Source: Camelus ferus
Taxonomy: Eukaryota
Reading direction: 5' to 3'
NCBI RefSeq assembly: GCF_009834535.1
Contig: NC_045696.1
Location: forward strand, 100,380,001 to 100,444,000
Length of the DNA: 64,000 bases
In this document: piece by piece, positions 12,777-25,719 of the stretch
Numbering within the stretch: the stretch's first letter is position 1
How the letters are laid out: every line of letters begins with the position of its first letter
The notes under the pieces: generated by a model
Database searches by the model: none
Told to the model about the DNA's origin: nothing
The model's input: the letters and a program-made list of their open reading frames with translations, nothing else
Made by a program: the position numbers and the translations under genes

Positions 12777-13700
12777 TGTTGAAAGTATGTAATGGAGTGG
12801 GAGTATATTTCTTCTATAAAGAGTTAATTTTGTTTAAATATAGTTTTTAAAGGCAAAACTGACTCTCACAAAATATAAAATGAACAAATGTTAGAGATTT
12901 TAGTTAATTCATTACTTAATGAGGTGTTATGGACTGAAATGTGCCCTCCAAAAAGATGTTGAAGTCCTAACACCCTGTACCTGTGACGTGACCTTATTTG
13001 GAAATGAGGTCTTGACAGATATAATCTAGTGAAGTGGAGGTCATACTGGATTGGAGTGGGCCGTCAACCAAATGATTGGTCTCTTTATAAGAAGGCCATG
13101 TGAAAACAGAAGAGCACAGAGACATGGTGGAAAGGCCATGTAACTGCAGATCAAGGTTGGAGGAAGGGAATTCAGGAAGGGAAATACTGCCAGCATCTAC
13201 CAGCAGCTAGGAAGAGGCAAGGGAGCTCCTCTAGAGCCTTCAGAGAGAGCATGGCCCTGCTGATACCTTGATTTTAAACTTCTAGTGTCTAAAACCCTGA
13301 GAGGATAAATTTCTGTTGGTTTAAGCTACCAAGATTATGGTACTTTGTTACAGCAGCCTTAAAAAATAGCAATGCATAAGGGAAAAAGTGAATTATTAAC
13401 TGATTCAAAGAGCAGATACATCTAATAGGCAATGAGGAGCGCTGAAAGTAATTTTTTTAATAGATGTAAAATTGACTTCTTGGAAGGGGAATCAATTCAT
13501 CTCCTCTAGACAAAATTCATTTGCATTTCTATAAACATGAACAAGGAGCATTTGCATTGCTATCAGTTTTCTATGATTTACAGAATTGTAAAATAGCTCA
13601 AAGATGAAAAACTACAGATCACTGTAGACTAGGAGAAGACAAAGGGTGAGGTAGACACTCTAAGATGCCCAGTAATCCCCTCTATTTTGTCACTTCAACA
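12777..13700. mobile_element. Probable old solo LTR (family not identified) hosting an MLT1
   Basis: Inverted termini TGTTGAA (12777) ... TTCAACA (13700); about 470 bp once the MLT1 is removed. Confidence 0.5.
12925..13376 (+). mobile_element. MaLR LTR (MLT1B/C-like)
   Basis: tgttatggactgaaatgtg...gttgaagtcctaac...gtgaccttatttggaaat...gagccttcagagagagcatggccctgctgatacc...tactttgttacagcagcc; 5-bp TSD tgagg / taagg. Confidence 0.92.
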
Positions 13701-14874
13701 TCTTTCACAATTTAATCAAAATCAGAAAATTGATCAATGATAAATTACTCATAAGTTATTCATCTGAAATACATTTCTGTGTTGAAAGATTTATCTCTTT
13801 TTTGGTTTTCAGTCCTCAGTAATTCTTATTTGGCTACATTTTTATTCTAACAATTTTCTTACCAAAAGGTTTTAGTAAGGAAAATGCATTTGTATATTTC
13901 TTTCCCCAGACTTGCAGTGGCACCCTGTACCCTAAAACATTCTGTTCATGGTTGTTTTTGATCTTCTTTACATTTATGCTCTATCTTCCAACTTTGTCTC
14001 TTGCTTTTCCTAAACAATCTTTTAGTCTTACAAAGAAATGATGGCCCTTAAAGAAAACTCAGTCAGTTTATGCTCTGTGCATAAATTCTCGGAAGTTGCT
14101 CCCTCTCTTCCTCCTGTCCATCTACCTGATATTATTCAGTCTTCAGGGTAACTTCCCAGTCCTCTCTCTTCCATCTGACTTCTGAATGCTCCAGCTTATT
14201 CTCAGGTTTCCTTTCTCTGTTCTTCCATTGAATTTTAGTCAGCTACTGAATTGAGCTTTACATTGTTTTCTGATCATGTTATGTTTTAATTTTACCTTTT
14301 TAACCTTATGGGGGCCTCACTCTGGAAAGACCAGTGCATTGGCAAGCACAGTAATTTTAAAATTAAATTTAAATGCTTCTAAGAGGAACATACTTTTTCT
14401 TCCATTTCCTGCAGCTCTCACCACACCCTATCATTATACACCTAGACATTTAATTCCATGTGGTCCCCTTCCAGTTCCAAAGGCATTTGACTTCAGTACC
14501 TTGTTACAGAGACTGAAGAATATACACTACTTATTTATTAGGAGCTTTGTTTTCCACTACATTCATATCTTTTGTGCAGTCCGTGACTCAGCTGTCAATG
14601 TAGCTATGTTTACATATGGATTTATTCTTTCTGTAAGTCCATCAGAAATAAGTCTTTTGACTACATGAAAAGCCAATGATACTAGCATGAATTCACACTT
14701 ACATATTGTATGTTATATATACATTATATTAAATATAATATATAATTCAGTGATTGCATTTTGCATTTAAGTCATTCATGCATTTGAATCAATGGAATTA
14801 TTTTCTTTCCTGAAGTGCCCAAGTTAAAAAAATATAACCAAAAATATTTTTTAAAAGAGCTTGCAAGTATCTGT

Positions 14875-15020
14875 ATATACATTGTCTCATTAAATTCTCA
14901 TAATTACGTGATAAGGTAGAAATTACTGTCTCTATTTTACAGATGGGAAAACTGAATCTCAGGTCAAAAAATGCCTCGCTAAAGCTCACACAGCTAATAA
15001 GCAGTAGGTCTACTTGTTCT
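14875..15020 (-). mobile_element. MIR SINE fragment
   Basis: attgtctcattaaattctcataat...ctattttacagatgggaaaactgaatctcagg...cacacagctaataag. Confidence 0.75.
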
Positions 15021-16084
15021 TTTTGCATCATGTGAAGGAGTTCAAATAAATGTAAACTCATGCACATGCTTTTGTTTCTAGTGGAAAGGAAAATTACATT
15101 TAAATCATGCTGCAGGCATGCTAATACGGCATTTTATTGCATAGCACTGAGAAAATGGAAGTAGGAAAATCTTTAGTTACTTTACAAATCACCTGAAAGC
15201 ATCTGTAAATACAGGATTTGTTCTGTAAAATTAGCCTCACCTCCACCCACGTTCATTAATTCTATCCTATTTTCTGATTGCTTTTGCCCATCTTCTCCTT
15301 TTATTCTTTTCTCTCAAGGTTAAGAAAAAACACATATAGCTGTCTACACAGAGCAGCCTCACGCACAAACATAAATTTCATTTTAAAATGACCAACAAAT
15401 GATAAATAAAAGGACCAGTTAAATACATTATATTTTTATAGTTCCATTACCAGAATTCTTTAGATCCACTGTGAGATTACTTTTTAGCCTGTCCCTATTT
15501 CTGTAGATACCAAATTAGACATAGATACTTATTTTTCATAACTGACTTAATCTAAATTTGTAGTAATTCATAATGATGTTGAAATGTATTACATTAAAAT
15601 TTTGTGTGCCTTTTTAAAAGATTAGAAACAAATAAAACAAGTTGACTGTTCAATTTCTTAGATATTTAAATAGATTAAGGAAACGTAGGTTCTGTTAAAT
15701 AGGAAATAAACTAATTTTTCAATAAGGATGGTTTGCTTACTGTCCAAAGGCTTTTTATTTGGAAATAAACAGGGGAGAAACAAAATTGAATTTTCTTTAA
15801 TAACTGAAACTTTCTATTTTGGGAGCCAATGCTTTAATTTTTATTATGGATGGCAGTATTTCCTAAATAAATAACTCTTTTATGACTTCTTAAGTAGGGA
15901 GTACTTTACCCATCATTATGAAATGGCTCATGAATATGAAATTGATGAGAGTACTCTGGTACCAACACAGCTTCAGGACCTATTAAAATGCTAAGGATTA
16001 TTTACTCCTAAATTAAATGGCCCCAAAATTCTAATATGTTTGAAGGTCTCCATTTGTTGTTTTATTTTAATTCATTTAATTCTA

Positions 16085-16450
16085 AAGTTTAATTAAAAAT
16101 TTCAAACATACAAAAAAAATTGAAACAATTTTACAGTAAACACCCATGTACCCAAAACCTAGATTCTACTATTAACATTATACCATGTAAGGTATTTGCT
16201 TTTATCACATATCTGTGCATCTCTGAATCCCTCTATCCACCCACCAATCCATCTAATTTGTTTTATTCATTTGAAAGTAATTGCAGACATTAGTATGCTT
16301 CCCTCTATATAATTCAGCATGCATAGCATTAATTAGAGTTCAATATTTGATAGAGTTTCTTCTTTTGAGGTAAAGTTTATATAACAATGATATATAACAA
16401 TTGCTGAGTTTTGACAAATACATTCACTAATATAATCCAAATTCTATCAA
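16085..16450 (-). mobile_element. Old L1 3' end (L1MD/L1MC-like)
   Basis: aatttcaaacatacaaaaaaaattgaaac...cacccatgtaccc...cctagattctactattaacatt...aaagtaattgcagacatt. Confidence 0.75.
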
Positions 16451-16539
16451 AATTTCATTTCATATTGTATTTTGCCTTTTTCAATTTTAAAATATTGTTT
16501 TGTTGTTTTTATTTATTTATTTTTATTTTGTTTGTTTTG

Positions 16540-17180
16540 ATACTTGTAGGTTGTCTCTGTGCCCAGGTATAAACTACATGTCTTCTTAGATCTTTTTTGG
16601 GACTTTTCATGGGCATACAGGATCACTTTCTACTTTTCCATATATTTGCAGTTGCTTTTTTAATGTCTTAGTTTTTAGTGTCTCATTCGCCTAAGGAGAA
16701 AAAGAAAAATTAAGTGGAGGGATAAAAGGGTGCCAGCTCTTTAAATCCCCAGGAAGTCACCTTAACTGAGGGGGAGAGGTTTACAACAATGGCTGCCCAC
16801 CTCTTTACATCTTTGTGACCAGAAATAGCAATTAGCATCATAGCACATGTCCCTGATATTTGGAGGACCAAATACTTTTTCCCCACCTTGGCTCTTTTAA
16901 GCTGTGTGCAAGCTGTTCCGGGAATGAGTGCATAGCCGCCTGCCACAGTGCTGGGGAAAAGGGGGCTGCATAACTGCTCCTGTGCTAAGAGATTAGAGTG
17001 ACTGAAATTCACCACTATTTACTGTCCAAGCTATTCCCCCAATGATGCAAGCCTTCAATAAACTCTAGAGTTCCAAAACAGTTTCATCAGACAGATTCTG
17101 CCAGTGCAGTTGTTATTTAGGTGGGGAGACAGATTCCTGGTGTTTCCTACTCAGCCATCTTCCCAGAATCCTGTCTCTCC
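16540..17180 (-). mobile_element. Old L1 5' UTR (L1MD/L1M4-like)
   Basis: Minus strand begins ...gggaagatggctgagtaggaaacaccaggaatctgtctccccacct, including the YY1-like AAGATGGC typical of L1 5' ends. Confidence 0.7.
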
Positions 17181-17806
17181 TTCCACTTGCTTTTAACAAT
17201 GATTCTGACTCATTCCTCTTCTGGCTCTTCATTCTTTTTTTTTTTTTTTTTTTTTTTTAACAAGACAGTCTTGAACATCTCATAGGTGAAGCTCAAGATC
17301 TCATGATGTTTTATTGATATTCTTCCTTGAGGAAAATACAAAAAATGAAATTAACAGAGTAGCCATTTTCTGTTAATGCTCAGTAAATTCTCTTGTACCT
17401 TCTCAGAAATGGACAACATCTTGCCAAAAGAAGACAGATACTTAATATATCCTAATTATTTGTTAAAATTTCTGTTGTTCAAAACCAGTGCTTACTTGCT
17501 TGTTACAGCTTCATAAAACTGGGAAGAAACATGTACAACTGTAAGCCTAAGTATTAAAAATAACAAAATGGCTATGATGATATGTCTCATATGGTTACTT
17601 TTTCTGCCCTGGGAGAAGAAATGAAATAGGTCAGGGCGGTGCCTCAGCTCTGAGTCCCATCACTAAATGTGTTTTGCCAGCACTAGAGACTGAGGAGTAA
17701 TTAAATTGATGAAGAAAACTACCCACTGCACATGACTGTGGGGTGTGTGATATCTGGGAAGTACTTGATTTGGTTGTATCAGGGGATAAAGGAGACTGAA
17801 CCACTT

Positions 17807-17914
17807 CTTTTTTTTTTAAACACTTTTTTTATTGAGTTATAGTCATTTTACAATGTTGTATCAAATTCCAGTATATAGCACAATTTTTCAGTTATACATG
17901 GACATCCGTACAAT
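17807..17914 (-). mobile_element. Short, young lineage-specific L1 3'-end insertion
   Basis: T-rich tail then ttttattgagttatagtcattttacaatgttgtatcaaattccag; perfect 14-bp TSD agactgaaccactt (17793-17806 / 17915-17928). Confidence 0.88.
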
Positions 17915-18639
17915 AGACTGAACCACTTTGATACATCTCTCTGTCTCAGGTTTTCTGTGATTTCCATGTCTATTGCTGTGGCTTAGGGAGAGGAAGTGCC
18001 TGAAATTTTTAGACCCTAAGCAGCTAGTTATGACTGTTAGTTTTCCACGGTGAACACCAGTCTTCTTTCTTTTCCCATTTAGGAATTCAGCATGGTGTAA
18101 ATAGGAAAAAAAAGTTTTAAACTTTCAACTCTGGCAAACCTTCACTAATTCCTAATGCTCACTTATTCTCTGACCTTATCATGATTTAGAAACATCTTTG
18201 AATCTTGGTTTCTTCTTCTGTAAAATATTAATAATCCATAACTCAGAAGTTTGCTGTAAGTAACAAGTTTAACACCATAGTTATCATCAAGTAAGTGTTT
18301 ACTTACTTCTGCATTGGTATGTCAAAAACCTGGAAACATTCAGATGACCAAATATATTATTATTATTTTTAATTAAGAGCAAATAGTTCAGAGGCATGCT
18401 AATGTTTCCATTGGAGATGTGGAAGAGCCAGTTGGAGAAAATCTGTAAAGTGCCCCTTTGGGTGAATTTGTGGCTGAGGGAAAAAATGAGTCTTGAGGCT
18501 ATGTGTTGCCCTTGTCCCCTTCTCTACCTTCCAATTTCAAAATTCAGATTCCAGCTCTAGACCGGTTGTATCAGATTCAACCCAGTCAGATGTCAGTATT
18601 CTCTGTGTGTATTCTGATGGGAACAGGACCCTAAATAAT

Positions 18640-18820
18640 TCTTTACACATATTATATAAGTCTCTCAGAAACCATGTTTTGGAGATTTTATCCTGTTTCA
18701 AAAATGAAGAAAACGAGACTGCAAAGAAATTTGGTGAATTGAGGTAATAAGGTAATAAGTGGAAGGGAAGAATCAAATCCGGCCAGTCCAGATCCAAAGT
18801 CCGTTCTCTTATCCACGTAG
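18640..18820 (-). mobile_element. MIR SINE fragment
   Basis: ttatcctgtttcaaaaatgaagaaaacgagact...aagtggaagggaagaatcaaatccggccagtccagatccaaagtccgttctctt. Confidence 0.65.
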
Positions 18821-20888
18821 TTCTTCTGCAGGTTCTTCTGTTACCTAGAAAGAGAAATCAACAACGAGAGGCAGAGTGCTGGGGAAGAGAGCTGGCCAAC
18901 AGCTAGCTTCTGAGGGTAGGTCTCACTCCATGATAGCTTTGGAAAGAAAGGGCTACCAGATGAAGAAAATCAGGCAAATAATTTAGCTTCAGCAAATAGA
19001 GGTTGGGTTCTAGTTGGAAGCAGATAAGCGATTCTTCATCTCACTGGCTATGCTTTAGACCTATGGCACAAGCATGGAGGAACTGAGGTGATATTTGGTC
19101 CCCAGGAATCAGGAAAGAGTCAGGAATGGTCATGATTGGCTTCCAGAACTAATCTTTGATTCTTCTGTTAGGAAAGTTTATGCAGAGACTTTAGTACAGC
19201 TTCTCCAAACTGTCTTCAACAAAACACTAGTCAAGTTGATAATTGCTTTGTTTTTGTCTGGGGAGGGTAGGCAGGTGAGAGTGTGGGGGAGAATCTGATG
19301 GGAAGGATTTACCAGTCAGATTAGTTAGAGTCCAGAACTTCTCAGGATGCCAATGTCCAAGAAGAAACAAATAGTAAGTCTGTAGGCTCTGTTTTATTTT
19401 TTTCATAATCTCCTGGTATAAGAGAGAATTGGGTAGTTAATTTGGGGGCATAGCCTTACCTTTGGTTAAGTGATCTGTTACTAGGTTATTGAAAACATTA
19501 TTAAAATGATGTTATGTTCATAAAAATATTTTAAAATTATATGTTTTTTCAAATTTTAGTAAGTTGTAATGCCACTTTTTGTTTTTCATTTGGGAATCGT
19601 GAATGCAAGACTTTAGATTGACAGAATAAATCAAGCTATGTAAATAACCCGGAAGAAAACAAAAGTAAATGTAAAATGTCTGTATAATGGACTTTAACAA
19701 ATCTAATTTAAAAATAATAAACATTTTATATGTAAGTACAAAATTCAGTCTTCACAGGAAAGTACAAAATGATTAGTAAACACAAACACTGTACTTTCCC
19801 ATTTCTTTTCCTCTCAAGTGTCTTTCTCCCAAGGTAACTACTATTATCATTTTATGCTGAAGCCCTCTTAAAAACATCATGCAGCAAAATATGTGTAAAA
19901 TGTAATTGTATGTTGTATAAGTAACTGCATACTATGTGTAATTTTTACACTCACGAAGTCATAGCATGTATATTATCTATCCTTCTAATATGATAGTAAT
20001 TTTTCCTTAACAAAGAATTATGATTCATACCATATTTTGGTCAACTGCATAGTAGGTTTTTGGTCACTAAAAACATGATTTATTGAAATGCTGATCTAAA
20101 AGTGGACTTTTAGATTTTTGTTTCCAGATTAATTTAGCCAAATCCCTAGCATGTAATCACCAAATCATTAGCAGTGGTATTGTGGGGCCAAAAGTTACTT
20201 TAAAAATTAGAAATTTACTTTTCTCTGAAAAGTGAATGATACTGTCTATTAATATTGGGCTTTCTAAGGTTAAAAGCTTGGGGGAAAATCCTCAAAAAAG
20301 GTTACTTAACTATGAATTTTTTCCTGACAACAACATAAGTATAAACCAATTTTAGATATAATTTTAAATGATTTAGTTGAGTGAGGGGTCTGACATGTTG
20401 CTTCACCAAGTGGGCTTTGTGGAGCCATGGCAGTAGGCAGTGAGTGTGCTCCTTACTGCAGTGTAGGTTTCTTGTTAGACGATAAAATAAAGGGAACACA
20501 GAAGAGGCTCAAACTTGGGGAAGTGGAGAAGTGGGGAAGTTCTAATAAGCTGTAAAGGTAGCCCCAAGAGGTCATAGACAGGGAAGAGACTCCAGAGCAA
20601 GATAGCTCTAAAGTATGGAACCCTGCTAGTAGCTCTGTGTACCCACTGGCTTTAGCAAGACTCTCAAGAGGACTATTTAGGTGTAAAGAAATGGGGTGGG
20701 GCAAACACATGTTAACAAATAAACAAGCAAAGAAAAACAAAATGAAAGAACACAAAGAAACACATCCCCAAAGAGGCAACATGATTGGAATTACCATTTG
20801 AAAGAAGACTTAGCCTTTGTAGAAATTTAATAAAACACATCAAGAATATAAAATGCCTTTTTTTGTCCTGTCAATCTGTGTCTTTTCT

Positions 20889-21135
20889 TTTTTTTCTTTC
20901 TTTTCTTTTTTATTGAAGTATAGTTAATTTACACTGTTGTATTCATTTCTGGTGTACAGCATAGTGATTCAATTTTATATATATATATGTATATTCTTTT
21001 TTCATATTCTTTTCCACTATAGTTTATTACAAGATATTGAATATAGTCCCCTGTGCTGTACAGTAGGACCTGGTTGTTTATCTATTTTATATATAGTAGT
21101 TTGGATCCGCTAATCCCAAACTTCTAATTTATATT
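20889..21135 (-). mobile_element. Cetartiodactyl/camelid-type L1 3' end
   Basis: tttattgaagtatagttaatttacactgttgt...ggtgtacagcatagtgattc...aatatagtcccctgtgctgtacagtaggacc; degenerate TSD tctgtgtcttttct / tctgtcatcttttct. Confidence 0.88.
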
Positions 21136-21149
21136 TCTGTCATCTTTTC

Positions 21150-21613
21150 TATTATTTACCTATTGCCTCAATAATTTTTATAAAAAACTACCCAAGACCT
21201 AGTAATTTGACAAAACAACCATTTATTAGTTCTCCAAATCTCCCAGTCTATTAGGCAGTTCTGCCTGTGAATACTGGCTGGGCTGAGTAGTTGTGGTGTT
21301 GGTTGGGATTCACTTACAAGTCTGGCAGTTTTCATGCTATTGGCTCATTCGGGATATCCTTGGCTGACTCTATGTGTCTCATCTTCCAGCAGGATAGCCT
21401 GGGCATGGTCTTACAGTGATCACAGGAATTCAAGAGAGAAAGCAAAGACGTACACATGTTTTTTCTGCTAGGTTTGTTGCTATCCCACTAGCCAAAGCAA
21501 GTCACATGGCCAGCCAGGGTCAGTGTGGAAGGGCAGTGTGAAAGGGCACTATCAAAAGGTGGGGCTGCAGAGAGGCCTGAAAATTGGGAATTATTACTAC
21601 AATCATCTACCAC
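21150..21613 (-). mobile_element. MaLR LTR (MLT1H/I-like)
   Basis: aaaacaaccatttatt...tcatcttccagcaggatagcctgggcat...gccaaagcaagtcacatggcc...caatcatctaccac. Confidence 0.8.
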
Positions 21614-22835
21614 TCATTCTCCTTTGCTTCTTGGCCTTTCGATATGCCTATACCATTTGTTTTCTATTTTCTCATCCCCTACCAGTAGCTATTCAGTATT
21701 CAGATCTCAGCTTCAATGCTATTTCTTTTCAGAGTCTTCCTTGGCCCCTCTTAGATGGGGTTAAGTGCCACTACTGTGTGCTGTTACACCCCCTGCATCC
21801 CTTGCCACTTACTGGATTGGATACAATGAGGATGGGGCTCATAGCTTGGTTTTAGAATTGCCAAAGTAATTTTACATGCATTCTCAGTAAGCCTTCAGCT
21901 TAGAGAAACAACTACAATATTTTCTGAACATACTTAAATTCTACTTTAATTAAAAAGCTAAATAACTGAGAGCCATTTTAAACGTTCCCTTTATTTATTT
22001 AAAACATACATGAAAATTAAAATCCTCAAAATTTAAGAGTGAAATATTGAATGTCGAATGGGTAATCAAAGCACATCTTATAGATCAAATATGATTTCAC
22101 TAGAGTGGAAAAATCTGTCATGATCTGTGTGATTGTATTTCTCTTCACGTTTAACTTGAATCGTGTTGTAGCTCTGTTAGCCAAGTAAAAACATGAGTGC
22201 CACACCTTACTGACGTGTCTCTGATGTGTTCAGATGTTAGGTTAAGAGAACAGCTGTTCCCTGTCAAGGTTTCCAGGTGGAACAGCACACATTGGCCATG
22301 CTGGCCAGAATGTAATGAAAGTGAAGGCCTCTCCCATGATTTGTTTGAAAGAGTAGCTGGAGTCTTTCATCAGCAGCTGGGAACTCAGTCTCCCTAAAGC
22401 ACAAGCCTCAAACCAGTTCCTCAGGAGAAAAAAAAGAAGGGTATGGCTTGGATTTTTTTTTTTTCCTCTCCATCAGAGAATTCCTTCTGGGCTTGAAGGA
22501 GATAATAAAACCAATCACACAGATCTTAAGTGGAAGATTGAAGGATTTAGGATAACTGGACAAGTGCACTGCCTGAGAGAGGGGTCAATAAACTCAAAAT
22601 ACATTGAAAGGAGTTTGTGCAATTTCTCTTATAGTGATCCTAGGAAACTGGATAGATTTTTAAAAATGTGTTTGGGAGTTTTCCAATTGTAAGCCAGAAA
22701 AAAATATTTTTCAGACCAATATCTACCAGTTTTGAGTACTTTGGTTTTTACCATTCTTTCCATTTCAAATCTTTTAAGTTCTCAAACATTTTAAGAAGTG
22801 TTCTAAAACGTACCTGGGACTTATTTCAGTCAATT

Positions 22836-23354
22836 GTGACAGGACAGAAGACATGGAATATAATTGTCATGGAGGAAGAAGTTTATGTTCACAGATTCCT
22901 AGAAACGGGAAGAACGCCATGCCACAGGGTTCATGTAAGGCAGGACCAGGGATGGTCAGGAGGCAGAAGAGGGAGAGGGAATGCATAGCCTAGAGCATTT
23001 ACTGGGGTTTTGCAGGAAGGAATGGATGAGACAGGGTTATTATGCTAAGTTGAGAACTGGATAGTTTGAATAACTTCAGTGAGTGCTATATGGGTAGTCC
23101 TTAGTGTCTAGTACCTGCGTTGGGGTGATGTAGGGTACAGGGAATAATGGCTTGATGTGGGAGTGTTTGATAAAGGAGATAGTTGAGGATGTGAGCTCTG
23201 GATTGGTTGGTTTATATATCAAAGACATACTCAGAGGGGAGTAGTTTGCTCTCTCTAGGAATTAGGTAGCTCTGGGAGGGGCAGTCCCTCTGAAATCAAG
23301 GCCCCAAATTCCAGAGCATCAGATACAGAAAATTAAAAAATGCAGACAATGCAA
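22836..23354 (-). mobile_element. ERVL solo LTR (MER74/MER54/MER73 group)
   Basis: ctctggattggttggtttatatatcaaag...ctctaggaattaggtagctctgggaggggcagtccctc...aaggccccaaattccagagcatcagatacag. Confidence 0.75.
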
Positions 23355-23871
23355 GAAGAAATTGAAAATCAGACTCAAAGGTGGTATAGAGAATAACTGG
23401 TTAAAACCATTGTAATCTTGTATCTTTTGAAAATTATTGGATGTTTCCACTTAGGTAACTTATTTAGGATGCCTATAACAAAGAAGGGTCAATTATCTAA
23501 TTCAAAATATTAATATAACTTAGACTTTGCTCTATGTTTATGTTAGGCAAGTTGTCATATTCCTGACATTTTGTATGCAAACAGGAGTCCTAGCAGTAAT
23601 ATTTCACCATGATATAATTTTCATATGAGGAGTCTGACTATTTTCTCTGGCTTTTCTTTACATTAAGATCTAATAGTCATTCTTTTCTCAGATTTTTGTG
23701 AAAGAAGTATTTTGTTAGAGGACTCTCTCCATGAAAATCTTTCAGGTGGCATCCTTATTCAGCCACAAAACTAACTACACAGCTTCAAGACATTCAATTT
23801 CTCTATATCTCAGTTTTTCAATTTGTAAAATGAATTACAGTAATTTCATCTCTGACATTAGGTTATGCTAC

Positions 23872-24490
23872 TGTGATGTTGACTGGATCAGTCCTGGAGT
23901 TTTATATTTTGGCCCTGAATTCCACATTTCAAGCCATCTGCCCAAATTGTCATGATTCTCTTAACTGTATCCCAGTCCTAGGTTGAGCCTTAGCAGTCAT
24001 TTTGAACAACACAACCCCACCTCCCCAACCCCCACCCCTTAGAACCAGAGTGGATCAGGAGACAAAGGTTGCCCCTTACATCCAAACTGTTCCATGTCAG
24101 AAACCTTTTCAGGGAAGACTACATGAAAAAGTCCTGTGGGGCTGGATCTGTAATATCTAACCTAGAGCTGTGAGAATCTCTATTCCAACATTAAAATTAG
24201 ACAACAGGACAAATTAGTGAGCAGAGATTAAAAAGGAGGAGAATGAGGACTAAGATAATTGAGATACAGAGGTAAGGAGGCACGAGAGATGGAAAGCCTG
24301 GGCTCGTGGTGGTTTTTGGTCCCTTCATGTAGTCTTCTGTGGATAAGATTAATTCTCCCTCTTAGTGTCAATAGGATTCCTTTGCATTCTTCCAACTACT
24401 CTCCCCTCCCCCAGCCATATACTTTTTGTTTATAAAACTCAGGTTTGCTTCTGTTGATTATAGCAAAGGGAATCCTATGGTCAGATACAT
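23872..24490 (+). mobile_element. Ancient MaLR-type LTR (decayed)
   Basis: 3' motif gtttgcttctgttgattatagcaaagggaatcctatggtcagataca and LTR-like size. Confidence 0.4.
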
Positions 24491-24559
24491 GGTCAGATAC
24501 CAAAAGACTTAAAACAATAGGAAAGGAGAGTGACTAGGCGGAGAGGGGATTCAAATCTA

Positions 24560-24870
24560 GATCATATGAGGAAGATTATAGAGCAAATGTTTATCCATAG
24601 ATTAGAAAACTCTAAGGGTAGGATGTCTTCAAGCATTTGAAGACCATCATTTAAAAAGCAAGATTATATACTGTTTTTTGTTTGACTGTGTATATGGCTG
24701 AGAGTCATAGGGAAGCCAACCTCAACTCAGATGAGAATTTTCCAAGCTCGTCCATAATGGTTTGTGAGTTCCCTGAAATTGATCAATTCAAGATAGCTGT
24801 CCTCTTGGCAGGGATAATGTAGAGATCAAAATTTGTATAGATGATTTACAATAAGAATTTAAGTCTTATT
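24560..24870 (+). mobile_element. L3/CR1 3' fragment
   Basis: tcttcaagcatttgaagaccatcatttaaaaagcaagattatatactg and gtgagttccctgaaattgatcaattcaag resemble the L3 3' region. Confidence 0.5.
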
Positions 24871-25719
24871 TCAGTTTATTCAACAAGTTAATATTTCCGG
24901 ATAACAGTGACCCATTCCAGTATGGACCTGTTATGGCATTATATATTTCCCCACCTCAATTAACACTTGAAGATGTATTATTTTCTAGTATTCCTTAATT
25001 ATTTTGTACTTGTAGGTGTCATCTTCCCAACCAGATTATAAATTACAGATTTTAAGAATTCTGCTTATGTATCCTAACAGAGAGGCACTAAATAATACTG
25101 AGTTGAAATTAGTACAGAAATCTTTGACAAAGCCTTGGGAAAAATACCTCATAATTTAAAAAATGATTTCCTCAAACGATGCTGACACTATCACTATTTT
25201 ACCCTTTTATGCTTCCTCAGGAAACACAATCTCTGTTAATAAAATTACCCTCCTTCAGTAAGTTGCTTTCTCCAAGTAGTTGACATACTTGTGTCTTGGT
25301 CTGTTGAACAGTACAATAGTAGTCAATTAGCCCAAAGAGTAACATTTTTAACTGTATGTTTTTCTCTTGGGTCTTTCAAAGTAAAGATAAGAGTCATTTA
25401 AGTTCGCTTTTGTTTTCATTAACTTTCTTTAGTTGCAAAACCCCTGCTATAACATTAAAAATGAGTCCCAGATGTGCTGTGTATACTCCAAGTAGAGGTA
25501 TAAATAATGGCTTCAAATGCTTATGAATAGTGTCTATGCATGAAAATATGGGCTTGATTTAACATGATTTGTGTGGATGGCTATATAAAAATGAGTTGAT
25601 ATTTTTCTGATATTACTGGGATACAATTTCTGCCAGATTTATAAGCTCATTAAATGCCTGCTGATTTCATTTTGCATTGTTTTTTCCAGCCCATGGCTTT
25701 ATAAAAATGAATTTAAAAT

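Noticed and set aside
14276..14668. 130-aa ORF on the + strand
   Set aside because: No motif, Kozak context or splice support; composition typical of random AT-rich DNA.
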